A stretch of DNA of 64,000 nucleotides from Alphaproteobacteria bacterium. Lineage in GTDB: Bacteria; Pseudomonadota; Alphaproteobacteria; SHVV01. Below are positions 9,932-19,294 of this stretch, one piece after another. A program made the translations under genes and the position numbers. Numbering within the stretch: the stretch's first letter is position 1; every line of letters begins with the position of its first letter. The stretch spans positions 3,104,001 through 3,168,000 of the forward strand of contig OZ253470.1 in NCBI GenBank assembly GCA_965261735.1. The letters run 5' to 3'. Under the pieces are notes generated by a model. That model was not told the origin of the DNA. It was given only the letters and a program-made list of their open reading frames with translations, and did not search any database.

Positions 9932-10890
9932 TGCGGCCTGCGCCGCCTACCTGGAGAAAGCCCGCTGGGGAGACGGCTTTGCCTGCCCGCACTGCGGCAC
10001 GGCGGGAGAGCCGTTCCACTTTGAAAACCGCCCTGGCGTCCTGCGCTGCCGCAAGTGCCGCCAGAACACCGGGCTGACGGTGGGAACAGTGATGGAGCGT
10101 AGCCACACTCCGCTGAACGTCTGGTTCTGGGCCGCTTATCTGGTCGCCAGTCAGACGCCCGGCATGTCCGCCGTGCAGTTTCAGCGGCAACTTGGTCTTT
10201 CGCGCTACGAGACGGCCTTTCAAATTCTCCACAAGCTCCGCTCGGGCATGGTGCGGCCCAACCAAGACAGGATCGGTGGACAGCCCAAGAACCATGTTGA
10301 GGTGGACGAAACCTGGGTTGGCGGGCGAACGCGTGGGGAAGGCCGTGGTGTTCACCACAAGGTTCCCGTCTCCTGTGCCATCGAGGTGCGTCATCGAAAG
10401 CCGGGCACCAAGCTCGACAACCGGAAAGACGGACGCTATGCCGGACGCGTTCGGCTCGCCGTCGTGCTCGACCGTAGCGCCGAGTCGCTCTGTGGGTTCG
10501 TCGAGAGCACCGTCGCGCCGCGATCGCTGATCGTTACTGACGATTGGAGCGGCTATGCTGGCCTCGGTAAGCGCGGCTATGAGCACTTCGCTGTTGCCGA
10601 GTGTGGTGATCCAGAGGTTGCCGAGCAATACCTGCCGATCATCCATCTGGTTTTCGCCAACCTGAAGACGTGGCTGATCGGTATCCACCACGGCGTTAGC
10701 CACCAGCACCTACAAGCCTACCTCAACGAGTTCACCTTCCGCTTCAACAGGCGGTTCTACCCGTTCAACGCCTTCCGCTCATTGCTCGGCATCGCGGGCG
10801 ACACCTCTGCTCCAACCTATGCCGAGCTTTACTCGGGAGAGTGGCGGCACCCTACATGTAGCGGTCATGGGCGTTAACCGGATAGGCAAG
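9786..10890 (+). mobile_element. IS1595 family (ISSod11 group) element, copy 1, 1105 bp
   Basis: Terminal IRs CTTGCCTATCCGG/CCGGATAGGCAAG; 8-bp TSD GAAGGAAC at 9778-9785 and 10891-10898. Confidence 0.95.
9858..10877 (+). CDS. IS1595 family transposase
   Basis: Zn ribbon CPHC..CRKC, VEVDET, VTDDW, IIHLVFANLK, YLNEFTFRFNRR. Confidence 0.95.
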   Translation: MDVLDRADLPFPHSLPEFQRLFPDDAACAAYLEKARWGDGFACPHCGTAGEPFHFENRPGVLRCRKCRQNTGLTVGTVMERSHTPLNVWFWAAYLVASQTPGMSAVQFQRQLGLSRYETAFQILHKLRSGMVRPNQDRIGGQPKNHVEVDETWVGGRTRGEGRGVHHKVPVSCAIEVRHRKPGTKLDNRKDGRYAGRVRLAVVLDRSAESLCGFVESTVAPRSLIVTDDWSGYAGLGKRGYEHFAVAECGDPEVAEQYLPIIHLVFANLKTWLIGIHHGVSHQHLQAYLNEFTFRFNRRFYPFNAFRSLLGIAGDTSAPTYAELYSGEWRHPTCSGHGR

Positions 10891-10949
10891 GAAGGAACCG
10901 TACCCATGATACGCGGGGCGCGGCGCCGGTCGCGCGGATGGATCCGCCC

Positions 10950-11789
10950 ATGACTAAGTCGACGGCGCCCGAGGGCGATCTTGCGCGTGTCCGAGTGGCA
11001 GTGCGGCCACGGATTCCGCCGCGCCTTAGGAAGCGCATAGCGCCGCTGCTTCTCGTCCTCGCCATCGTCCTCTTCTGGGAGAACTTCAACTGGCTGTTCG
11101 ATCAGCCCGACTACATCCTGCCGCCGCTGTCGCAAATCGTCGAGACGGCGATCGTCGGTGCGCGGGACCGCTACATCCCCAACGGCTGGATCACGCTACA
11201 GGAGATCATCTACGGATTCCTGATGGGTGTCAGTGTGGGCCTCATTCTGGGCGTGGCCGTCTTTCACTCCGAAACGATCAAGGACGCGGTGCTGCCGCTG
11301 ATCATCAGCTCGCAGGCGATCCCAACGCTCGCCATCGCCCCGATACTGGTGATCTGGTTCGGTTTCGGCATGCTGCCCAAGGTGCTGATCGCCGCGATTA
11401 TCGTGTTCTTCCCGGTGTTCGTGAACACCTTTGCCGGGTTCAACTCGATCGACCGCGACTCGATCAACCTGATGGACTCGCTGGGCGCGAGCAAATGGCA
11501 GATATTCTGGAAGGTTCGCACGCCGGGCGCCGCACCGTACATCTTTACCGGCCTCAAGATCGCGGCGACGATCAGCCCGATCGGTGCGATCGTCGGCGAA
11601 TGGGTCGGCGCGTCCAAGGGCTTGGGCCCGGTCATGATCGCCGCCAACGCGGGCTTCAAGACCTCCATCGTCTTCGCCGCGATTCTCTACCTCGCGCTGA
11701 TGGCGGTGACCCTGTTCCTGCTCGTTGGCTTGGCCGAACGCTGGCTCATCCCCTGGCACTTCATCAAGACCGAGAAGCAGCGCTCGTAG
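10950..11789 (+). CDS. ABC transporter permease (NitT/TauT/SsuC type)
   Basis: ILPPLS, IPTLAIAPILVIWFGFG, SLGASKWQIF, GAIVGEW. Confidence 0.9.
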   Translation: MTKSTAPEGDLARVRVAVRPRIPPRLRKRIAPLLLVLAIVLFWENFNWLFDQPDYILPPLSQIVETAIVGARDRYIPNGWITLQEIIYGFLMGVSVGLILGVAVFHSETIKDAVLPLIISSQAIPTLAIAPILVIWFGFGMLPKVLIAAIIVFFPVFVNTFAGFNSIDRDSINLMDSLGASKWQIFWKVRTPGAAPYIFTGLKIAATISPIGAIVGEWVGASKGLGPVMIAANAGFKTSIVFAAILYLALMAVTLFLLVGLAERWLIPWHFIKTEKQRS

Positions 11790-11811
11790 GGCGCCTTCGG
11801 GCGCACCGCTT

Positions 11812-13080
11812 CTACTCGGCAGCTGCGGCGGCGGCCGCCACAGGAACCCCCATCAGCTCGCAGTAGTTCTTCCAGAAGCCGCGCACCGCGACCTCGGTAA
11901 TCACGGTGCTCTGGTCCTCGATCGGGCCCTTGCCGCCGATTTCGATCACCGAGTGCGCATCGCGCTCGCGCAGGACGCCCATTTGGACGAGGCGCCCGGC
12001 CTCGCCGTCCTCCATGGAGACAACGCCCGCCGGGCCGATGAGATTGTTCTGCTTCAGCCGCATCTCGCGAATTTCGGCGTCATCGTCGGCGTAGCCGAAG
12101 ACGGTCCAGTAGAGCTCGAAGGAATCGGCGGCGCGCGGCCGAACCTGGCGCGTAGCCAGCGTGTTCGAGAATTGCTGGAACACCGTGCATGGGAAGAGCG
12201 AGAGGAAGGTCGACGACACGTTGTCGTCCCACTCCTGCCGATAGTCGACGATCGAGGTGTCGCGGAGCCGGAACTCCGAATTGAAGGCGCTCACGCCCTC
12301 GTAGCCCTGCGCCGCCTCCTCCACCGTGTCGGTATCGAGGTAGCCCGTATGTATCTCGTGGCGCTTGCGGCTGTCCATGATCGACTCGCCCGATTGGGTA
12401 TTGCGCCACAGCCCGAAGGTCGTGGGCACCTGATGCAGCAGGCCCGCGTGATTGGGGTCCTTCAGGTTTTCGATATAGAGCTTCCAGTTGGCCGGAATGA
12501 CCTGGCGCATGTAGCCCAGCACTTCGATGGGCCTGCCGAAAATGCGGTCGAGGAACTTGAGGGCCTTGGGACCGAAATAGTCGGCCAAGTTCTCGGTATT
12601 CTCATCGAAGGTCGCAAAGATCGCGCCCTGGTACGTCTCCACACGGAGCTTCCTGAGTCCGTGCTCGGCCATCTTGAAGTCCGTCGGCATACCCCCCTTG
12701 CCGTGAAGGCCGCGCAGGAACGGAACGCCGATCAAGCCGCCCTGCAGGTTGTAGCACCAGTGGTGATAGATGCAGGTGAAGTCCTTGGCGTTGCCGCATT
12801 GCTCGCGCACGAGCAGCGTGCCGCGATGGGCGCAGCGGTTGACGAAGCCGTGCAGGGCGCCATCCTCGGCGCGGCAGACCACGACCGCGGTATCGCCAAC
12901 GAAGGAGGACTTGTAGTCGCCCGGCTCCGGGACCTCGGCCTCGAGCGCGACCAGGGTCCATGACGGCCCACGAAAGATCTTCGCCTGCTCTTCCTCGTAG
13001 ATCTCGGGGTCGGTGAACACGCCATAGGGAACGCGGCTGTAGTCGGCCGCGGGCCAAGTCAAGTCATGCCAAGTCTGCAT
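11812..13080 (-). CDS. Aromatic ring-hydroxylating oxygenase alpha subunit (NagG/AndAc-like)
   Basis: DYSRVPY, CAHRG...CIYH, NWKLYIENLKDPNHAGLLH, GPAGVVSMEDGE, VRGFW. Confidence 0.85.
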   Translation of the reverse strand: MQTWHDLTWPAADYSRVPYGVFTDPEIYEEEQAKIFRGPSWTLVALEAEVPEPGDYKSSFVGDTAVVVCRAEDGALHGFVNRCAHRGTLLVREQCGNAKDFTCIYHHWCYNLQGGLIGVPFLRGLHGKGGMPTDFKMAEHGLRKLRVETYQGAIFATFDENTENLADYFGPKALKFLDRIFGRPIEVLGYMRQVIPANWKLYIENLKDPNHAGLLHQVPTTFGLWRNTQSGESIMDSRKRHEIHTGYLDTDTVEEAAQGYEGVSAFNSEFRLRDTSIVDYRQEWDDNVSSTFLSLFPCTVFQQFSNTLATRQVRPRAADSFELYWTVFGYADDDAEIREMRLKQNNLIGPAGVVSMEDGEAGRLVQMGVLRERDAHSVIEIGGKGPIEDQSTVITEVAVRGFWKNYCELMGVPVAAAAAAAE

Positions 13081-13159
13081 GGGCGACGCCTCTCGGTAAA
13101 GTCGGGGCTGTGCCGAGTATCGCGTTCTTTTTGGTGCTCGTCCACCGGCCGGCGACGGC

Positions 13160-13188
13160 TTGACGCCCGCAGGGTGATGGCCGACACT
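13160..13188 (+). promoter_or_regulatory. Candidate sigma70 promoter for the substrate-binding protein gene
   Basis: TTGACG-17 nt-GACACT, followed by SD GGAGGAGG before ATG 13242. Confidence 0.4.
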
Positions 13189-13241
13189 CCGCGCCCTAAT
13201 CTCATCCAAGAAGAACCGTCGATGCAGGGAGGAGGCGTGAA

Positions 13242-14270
13242 ATGGTCAAATTCAGCGTAGGCACGCTCGGCAGCATGGCCGCGGCCGTCGTGATTTCCAT
13301 GGGTGTTTGGGGCTCGAGCCCGGCGCAGGCGGCTAGCTGCGCGGGGCCGGCCGAGGTATCCAAGGTCATACTCATGGCCGACTGGATACCGGTAACAGTG
13401 TCCCAGGGCCCGTTCTGGGAGGCCCTGCTCCGGGGTTACTACAAGGACGAAGGCCTCGACGTCGAGATCATCGCGCCGGCCAATCCGGCCGATCCGATCA
13501 AGCTCGTCGCCCGTGAGAGGGTGACCTTCAGCCTCACCTACGTGCCCGAGGTCATGATCTCGCGCGATACCGGCATTCCGGTCATTGCGGTGGCGACCAC
13601 GCTGCGTAAGCTGGTCTCGGGCTTCATGTCGCTTAAAGAGTCGAGCATCATGTCGCCGGCCGACCTCAAGGGGAAAATCATCGGCAGCGGTCCCAAGCTC
13701 GACGCCCAGGCCTTTCTCGACACGCTGCTCGCGAACGGCGGGCTCACGCGCAAGGACGTGCAAGTCGTCGACCCCGGCTTCGCCCACATTCCCTTCGTGA
13801 TCGAGAAGAAGGTGCACGCGGCCCACTCGCTCACCTATTTCGAGCAGGCGATCGCCGACTTGATCCTCAAGGGGCAGGGCAAGGCGCCGGTCAACTTCAT
13901 GCCCTACACCGACTTCGGCGTGCCCCAGTTCTACTATCAGCTCATCGTCGCCAGCGAGAGCTGGACCCAGAGGAACCCCAACGCCACCTGCCGCTTCCTC
14001 AAGGCTTCGCTCATGGGCCTGGAGGACTGGCGCAAAGACGGCTCGACGTCGCTCGACTACGTGGTCAAGAACAACGACGTGTTCTCCAGGGCCGAGCACG
14101 AGGTCGGCTACCACATGTCGGTCAACGATTGGGTCGCGGCCGACGGCACCGCCTTCCGCCAGGAGGTCGGCCCGTGGAAGACGGCGCAGGACTGGGCGAT
14201 GAAGTACAAGCTCATTTCCGTCGGATCCGATCCCACCGAGTACTTCACCAACGACTACCTGCCGAAATGA
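13242..14270 (+). CDS. ABC substrate-binding protein, NMT1/THI5-SsuA-like
   Basis: Signal peptide, DW motif, GYYKDEGLDVEI, DFGVPQFY. Confidence 0.85.
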   Translation: MVKFSVGTLGSMAAAVVISMGVWGSSPAQAASCAGPAEVSKVILMADWIPVTVSQGPFWEALLRGYYKDEGLDVEIIAPANPADPIKLVARERVTFSLTYVPEVMISRDTGIPVIAVATTLRKLVSGFMSLKESSIMSPADLKGKIIGSGPKLDAQAFLDTLLANGGLTRKDVQVVDPGFAHIPFVIEKKVHAAHSLTYFEQAIADLILKGQGKAPVNFMPYTDFGVPQFYYQLIVASESWTQRNPNATCRFLKASLMGLEDWRKDGSTSLDYVVKNNDVFSRAEHEVGYHMSVNDWVAADGTAFRQEVGPWKTAQDWAMKYKLISVGSDPTEYFTNDYLPK

Positions 14271-14296
14271 GCAGCCTCTAAGGGACGATCAGCGTC

Positions 14297-14336
14297 GCGC
14301 GGGCCGGATCCGACAATCCGGTCCGCGCTCTCTTTC
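14297..14336 (+). terminator. Intrinsic terminator
   Basis: GCGCGGGCCGGAT-loop-ATCCGGTCCGCGC stem followed by TCTCTTTC, between convergent genes. Confidence 0.6.
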
Positions 14337-14371
14337 TGTCCCTAACGATCTGGCTGTCTCTAACGATCAGG
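14336..14371. repeat. 2 x 18-bp imperfect tandem repeat over the MFS stop codon
   Basis: CTGTCCCTAACGATCTGG / CTGTCTCTAACGATCAGG. Confidence 0.7.
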
Positions 14372-15733
14372 CCACACCAGATGGTGTGGGTCGATCACAT
14401 ACGCGTGCTTGTGTTTCTGCGCGTCGTGGCGGTGGGCGTGCCGGTGTGGCTCGGGTCCCTCCCAGCCCTCGTGCGCGTACGCGTGGTGTTCGTCGTGGAC
14501 GTGAGGGTGCTCGTGCGCCAGCGCCTCGTGCCGGTGCTCGAGCTCACCGGGATCAGGGGCCGGCCACAACACCACGGCGGCGACCGCGGCGGCCACCGCT
14601 ACGAAGCCCAGTACCGAGAACGCGGCCGCCGGGCCAAAGGCGCCACCGAGCCATCCGGCCAAGGGGCAGGCGATCAGCCAACACGCGTGCGACAAGGCAA
14701 ATTGCGCCGCATAGATGGCGGGCCGGTCGCCTTCATGGACCGAGCGCTTCAGCAGCCGTCCCGCCAGGGTCTGGACGAGCGACGAGGCAGCACCGAGCCA
14801 CACCCAGATCGACAGCAGCGCGATGGCGCCGGGAGCCGTCACGCCGAGCACGAGGCCGACGCCCAGAAGCACCCCGCCGGCGAGCATGAAGGGGCGATCG
14901 GAGTGGCGGTCGAGGAGGCGCGGCAGCACCAGCGCGACGACCATCGATCCTGCGCCCGCGGCGGCGAAGGCGACGGCGGTATCGCTCTCCGAGCCAGCCA
15001 GGTGGTCGCGCACGTAGACCACGGTGTTGACGACGACCATAGCGCCCGCGGCGGCGACCGCGAGCGAGAGAGTCAGCAGCCCGCGCAGCCTCGGCGTCTT
15101 GAGGTAGGCGCGAATGCCGTAGGTGATGTTGTGCCATGCGCCCCGCTCACGCTCGGGCGCGCGCGGCGCGGGCAGCGTCACCGAAAGGACCAGCAGGGCC
15201 GAGATGAGAAAGGCCACCGCGTTGGCCGCGAACAGCGCGTCATAGCTGAGCACGACAAGGGCGTCGGCGGCCAGCGTCGGGCTCAACAGGTTTTCGAGGT
15301 CGTAGGCGAGGCGCGAGAGGGATAGGGCGCGGGTATAGCGGGCTTCGTCGGGCAGGACGTCCGGGATCGTCGCCTGAAGGGTGGGCGTAGAGCCGGCCGA
15401 GCAGGCGTTCATGAGGAAGATCAGCAGGTAGATCTGCCACACCTCCGTGACGAACGGCAGGCACGCCACGAACGCCGCGCGGGCCACATCGAGGGCGATC
15501 AGCAGCCCGCGCCGGGGTAGCCGGTGCGCGAAGCCACCGACGATCGGGGCGATGCCGACGTAGGCCAGCATCTTGAGGGCGAGGGCGGTACCAAGGACGA
15601 CTCCGGCATTTCCGCCGGCGAGGTCGTAGGCGAGCAGGGCGAGCGCGACGGTCGACAGACCGGTGCCCCCGAGGGCGACGACCTGAGCCGTGAACAGCCG
15701 GCGGTACGTCCTATCGCGAAGCGGCGACGTCAC
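14360..15733 (-). CDS. NreB/NrsD-like MFS metal exporter with His-rich tail
   Basis: LALLAYDLAG, RLAYDLENL, AAQFALSHACWL, C-terminal HEHPHVHDEHH. Confidence 0.85.
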   Translation of the reverse strand: MTSPLRDRTYRRLFTAQVVALGGTGLSTVALALLAYDLAGGNAGVVLGTALALKMLAYVGIAPIVGGFAHRLPRRGLLIALDVARAAFVACLPFVTEVWQIYLLIFLMNACSAGSTPTLQATIPDVLPDEARYTRALSLSRLAYDLENLLSPTLAADALVVLSYDALFAANAVAFLISALLVLSVTLPAPRAPERERGAWHNITYGIRAYLKTPRLRGLLTLSLAVAAAGAMVVVNTVVYVRDHLAGSESDTAVAFAAAGAGSMVVALVLPRLLDRHSDRPFMLAGGVLLGVGLVLGVTAPGAIALLSIWVWLGAASSLVQTLAGRLLKRSVHEGDRPAIYAAQFALSHACWLIACPLAGWLGGAFGPAAAFSVLGFVAVAAAVAAVVLWPAPDPGELEHRHEALAHEHPHVHDEHHAYAHEGWEGPEPHRHAHRHDAQKHKHAYVIDPHHLVWPDR

Positions 15734-15921
15734 ACCCGGAGGGTAACGGACTTTCGGCGCACGCTGTAGGTAATCGCCTTACGCGAGCCGACGCCTCGGC
15801 GGAAATTGCCGCGGCGTCGGGGGGTCGTCTTCGTTCAGCCGACGACTGCCTCGACCCCCCGCGCTACCGCCTAGGCGGTCCGCGAAGTAACGAGCTCAGA
15901 TTCAATTTGGGTCGATGTCGG

Positions 15922-16092
15922 TCACGCGCCGGGGCTATCGACGACTTTCTCATCGGCATCGCCAGCCGCTTCGCTATCGGCACCGGGTGGATTGCGGCGG
16001 TCGGCCTTGGCCTTGAGGCGCGCCGCCTTCTTCGCAGCCTTTGAGCGTTCGCGCTCGAGGCGCTCGAACTTGTAATTAGGTTTGCGTGGCAG
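15922..16092 (-). CDS. Small basic protein (56 aa), apparent CTG start
   Basis: SD GAAGGAGG 6 nt before CTG; (M)PRKPNYKFERLERERSKAAKKAARLKAKADRR...; TGA at 15922-15924. Not in the ORF track. Confidence 0.7.
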   Translation of the reverse strand: MPRKPNYKFERLERERSKAAKKAARLKAKADRRNPPGADSEAAGDADEKVVDSPGA

Positions 16093-16259
16093 GATGTTCC
16101 TCCTTCAGCGCTTCATACGGAGCAGGTTTCGATCGGGGGCTGGGTGCTGGCCCTGTCTCCGAGACTAAGGATAGGTCGGGTGGTGCGACTTTGCCACCCT
16201 ATGTTGGGACCAGCTTGAACCTTCGCAAGGGGCGTACCGGTCGTCCGTGGTTCGCTCGT

Positions 16260-17322
16260 CTAGTGGAAATCGCGTGAGGGGAAGAGGCGCCGGGACTGAC
16301 CGCGGGTGTCGGGTCCGCCACCACCGCCGCCCGCCTCGTCGCCGCGTCCGGCGGCGAAGGCGAGGAGGGGTGCGGCCGGCGCGGGCGCAGCGCGCGGGGC
16401 ATGTGGCATCTGCGCCAGCGCCCTTTTGGCATCGCCGAGCGCGAGCAACCGATCGGTCATATCGATGAGGCGGTCGGCGACGACGTGGATGACGAGGCCT
16501 TCGCGCTCGAGCTTGCCGATGACGGCGAGCAGGCGCGATCTCAGCACCGCCTTGCGCGCACGCTCGAACAGGCGCGGCCAGATGATCAGGTTGGCGACAC
16601 CGGTTTCGTCCTCGAGGGTGATGAAGATGACGCCCGAGGCGGTGCCCGGGCGCTGGCGGCACATGACCAGCCCGGCGACGCGCACCCGCTTGCCGGCGTC
16701 GATGTCGGCGAGGCGGCGGCTCTCGACATAGCCCTCTCGCGCCAGACTCGGGCGCAGCAGGGCCAGCGGATGGCGCTTCAGGGTGAGGCGCAGCGCCGCG
16801 TAATCATTGATCACCTCCTCGCCGATGGTCATGGCGGGAAGGCGCACCTCGGGCTCGCGATCCGCCTCCGCCGTGGGCGGTGCGGCGGCGAACAGCGGCA
16901 GCGGCGCCGGCCCCAATCCCTTGACCGCCCACAGCGCCTGGCGCCGCGTTAGCCCGATCGAGCGAAAGGCATCAGCCTCGGCGAGGCGTTGCAGCACCGG
17001 GACCGCAAGCCCGCTCCGCCGCCATAGCGCACGCATGTCCTCATAGCCCGCATCGCCCGCGCCGCCCGCGCCGCGCGCCGCCACGAGCTCTTGGCCTTGC
17101 GCTTCGGCGAACCCCTTGATCTGGCGCAAGCCTAGGCGCAGGGCAACACCCGCCGACTCCTCGGCCGCCCCCACCGGGCACGGCTCCAGCGTGCTGTCCC
17201 AATCGCTGTGGTTGACATCGACGGCGCGCACCTCGCCGTTATGGTCGCGCAGGTCGCGCACGATCTGCGCGGGCGCATAAAAGCCCATCGGCTGGCTGTT
17301 CAGCAGGGCGCAGGCGAAGGCC
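16260..17322 (-). pseudogene. dnaE2: 3' third of error-prone DNA polymerase DnaE2
   Basis: AFACALLNSQPMGFY, RQRPGTASGVIFITLEDETG, terminal SRDFH. PHP and catalytic regions absent. Confidence 0.9.
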
Positions 17323-18225
17323 GACGACCGAGCTCACTATCCCGGCCTGTTCGAGCACCATCGTGTAGTGCGTGCCCACAGAGCGCGAGTCGTCGACGAC
17401 GAGCACGCGGATCGGCTCGGGCAGTTGGCGCTCGGTCAGGGCATCCAATCTCTCGATGAGGCCAACGACGTCCACCGGTTTGGTGAAGTAGCCGTCGGCA
17501 CCGGCGCGTGCGGCCCACAGCCGGGCGCCGAAATCGTCGCGCGAGGATATGTAGACCACCGGCAGGACGCGGTCCGATTCGGAGGCTGCACGGGCGTTGT
17601 TGATTCCGTCGAAGGGGTGTGCGCCCAGGGGTTCCCCCTCGGGAAAGACGATGTCGCAGACGACGGCGAGGGGTCGGGCGCGCCGGATCGCCTTTTCGAC
17701 CGAGGTCCGGTCGGCGAACGTCTCGACCTCATAGCCGAAGCATGCGATCTGATGAGCGAGGTCATCGGCCACCTCCTGGTAGTCGTCGACTACATAGATG
17801 GCGCTGGCCTTATCGGTCGGCGGGGACGAAATAGCCGCGGGCCGCTCGACCTCCGGCATGGCGGGAAGAGCCTCGGGTAACGATCCCGCGGCGTCGTCGC
17901 CGCAGCGCTGAACCTCGCCGAGCATCGCGTCGATCTCGGCGGCGTAGGGCGCCGTGTCACCGTCGGCGTCGCGCCAAATCTCGTTAAGCCTGAGTTCGAG
18001 CGCCTTGGCGTGGACGCTGACCTCGGAGAAGCCGAACGTCGCCGCAGAGCCGACGATGTTATGGGCCAGGCGAATGAGCGTTCGCAGGTCTTCGGCAGAA
18101 TCGCCGCCCTCGCTGTAGCGGCGCCAAACCTGAACGACTTCGCCGATGCGCGCCGCCAGGCCGCGCGCATAGCCAACCCGCAGCGCTTCTAGACGCGAGC
18201 GAGTGTGGGCGTCGAATTCAGCCAT
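17323..18225 (-). pseudogene. Hpt-REC-(REC) signalling protein, 3'-truncated
   Basis: AHNIVGSAATFG (Hpt), one full receiver, second receiver RVLVVDD breaks off into out-of-frame dnaE2 sequence. Confidence 0.8.
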
Positions 18226-18612
18226 GATGACGCGCCCAAAGGGTCTGCACGGCTTCCGCGAGGGTCATCGGGTTGAACGGTTTGGCGATGACGTCGATCG
18301 CCCCGAGCTCGAGGTATCCCTCGATCTCGTGGGGCTGCACCTTTGCGGTCATAAAGATGACCGGCACCGTGGCCGCTTCCGGAACCGCCCGCAGTGCCCG
18401 CAGTGTCGAGGGACCGTCCATGTCGGGCATCATGACATCGAGCAGGATGAGGTCGGGGGGGGGCGCCTTCTGATCTCGGAAAGCGCCTCGGCGCCCGAGC
18501 CGCACAGCGTGACCTCGAAGCCGCCCGTGGCTTCGAGCGCGAGCGATGCGACCCTCTGAATATCGGGCTCGTCGTCCACGTACAGGATGCGCTCGAGGGC
18601 TGGCGTGGGCAT
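18218..18612 (-). pseudogene. Single-domain response regulator frameshifted at a C9 tract
   Basis: RILYVDDEPDI in one frame, PDLILLDVMMP...FMTA...KPF in another; switch at G9 run 18455-18463. Confidence 0.8.
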
Positions 18613-18760
18613 GGCGCTCGCTACTCGCTCTTGCTGGCGCCGAAGGGTCGGCCGGCCGAGGCCCGCGTCGATCCGCAACCGGCGCGCCGGCGCTCGCTGG
18701 TGTCGCGTCGATGACCGCCAGTGTGCGCAGGAAAGATGCAGAATTGCTTAAGTGGCGCGG

Positions 18761-19132
18761 CTAGGGCTTCTTGAGGATGTCGCGCACGGTGGCGAGCAGA
18801 GAGGCTCGATCGAAGGGCTTGGTCAGGCTCCCCTCGGCGCCCAGCTTTTTCGCAATCGAGAGGAAGTCGGGTGGACCGTTCAAATCGATTCCCGACATCG
18901 CGACGATCTTGTCACCGGGAAACGCCCGGCAAAGGTTGCGGATCGTTTCGATCCCTTCGCTCTTGGGCATGTAAATGTCCGTCAAGACGAGGTCGGCGGG
19001 GTTAGCGGCGTACAGATTGAAGCCGCTATCGCCGTTATCCGCGTCAATCACCTCATAGCCGGCGTCCTCGAGGAGATCGCGAAGAAGCGTGCGCACCCCG
19101 GAATCGTCGTCAATGATCAGGACTCGGGCCAT
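18761..19132 (-). CDS. Single-domain response regulator
   Basis: VLIIDDD, DLVLTDIYMP, AMSG, KPF. Confidence 0.9.
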   Translation of the reverse strand: MARVLIIDDDSGVRTLLRDLLEDAGYEVIDADNGDSGFNLYAANPADLVLTDIYMPKSEGIETIRNLCRAFPGDKIVAMSGIDLNGPPDFLSIAKKLGAEGSLTKPFDRASLLATVRDILKKP

Positions 19133-19294
19133 GCTTCGTATTTAGGCTGCCGGGCGTTTGGAGAGGGCGGCCGCAGCCGCTAACCCTCGCATCGAATGCT
19201 CACGCCCGCAAACGAAAAAGTTGCGGCAGAGATCTACTGTTCTATTTATGCGGGCAGCATGCCGGTCGCATCCGCGCGACCTCGCGAGCGAGCG

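Noticed and set aside
13081-13241. TPP riboswitch ahead of the NMT1/THI5-like gene
   Set aside because: No CTGAGA core or recognisable aptamer, so thiamine-precursor specificity is not asserted.
15734-15921. Structured ncRNA or metal riboswitch upstream of the MFS gene
   Set aside because: Hairpins are present but expected at this GC content; no recognisable family motif.
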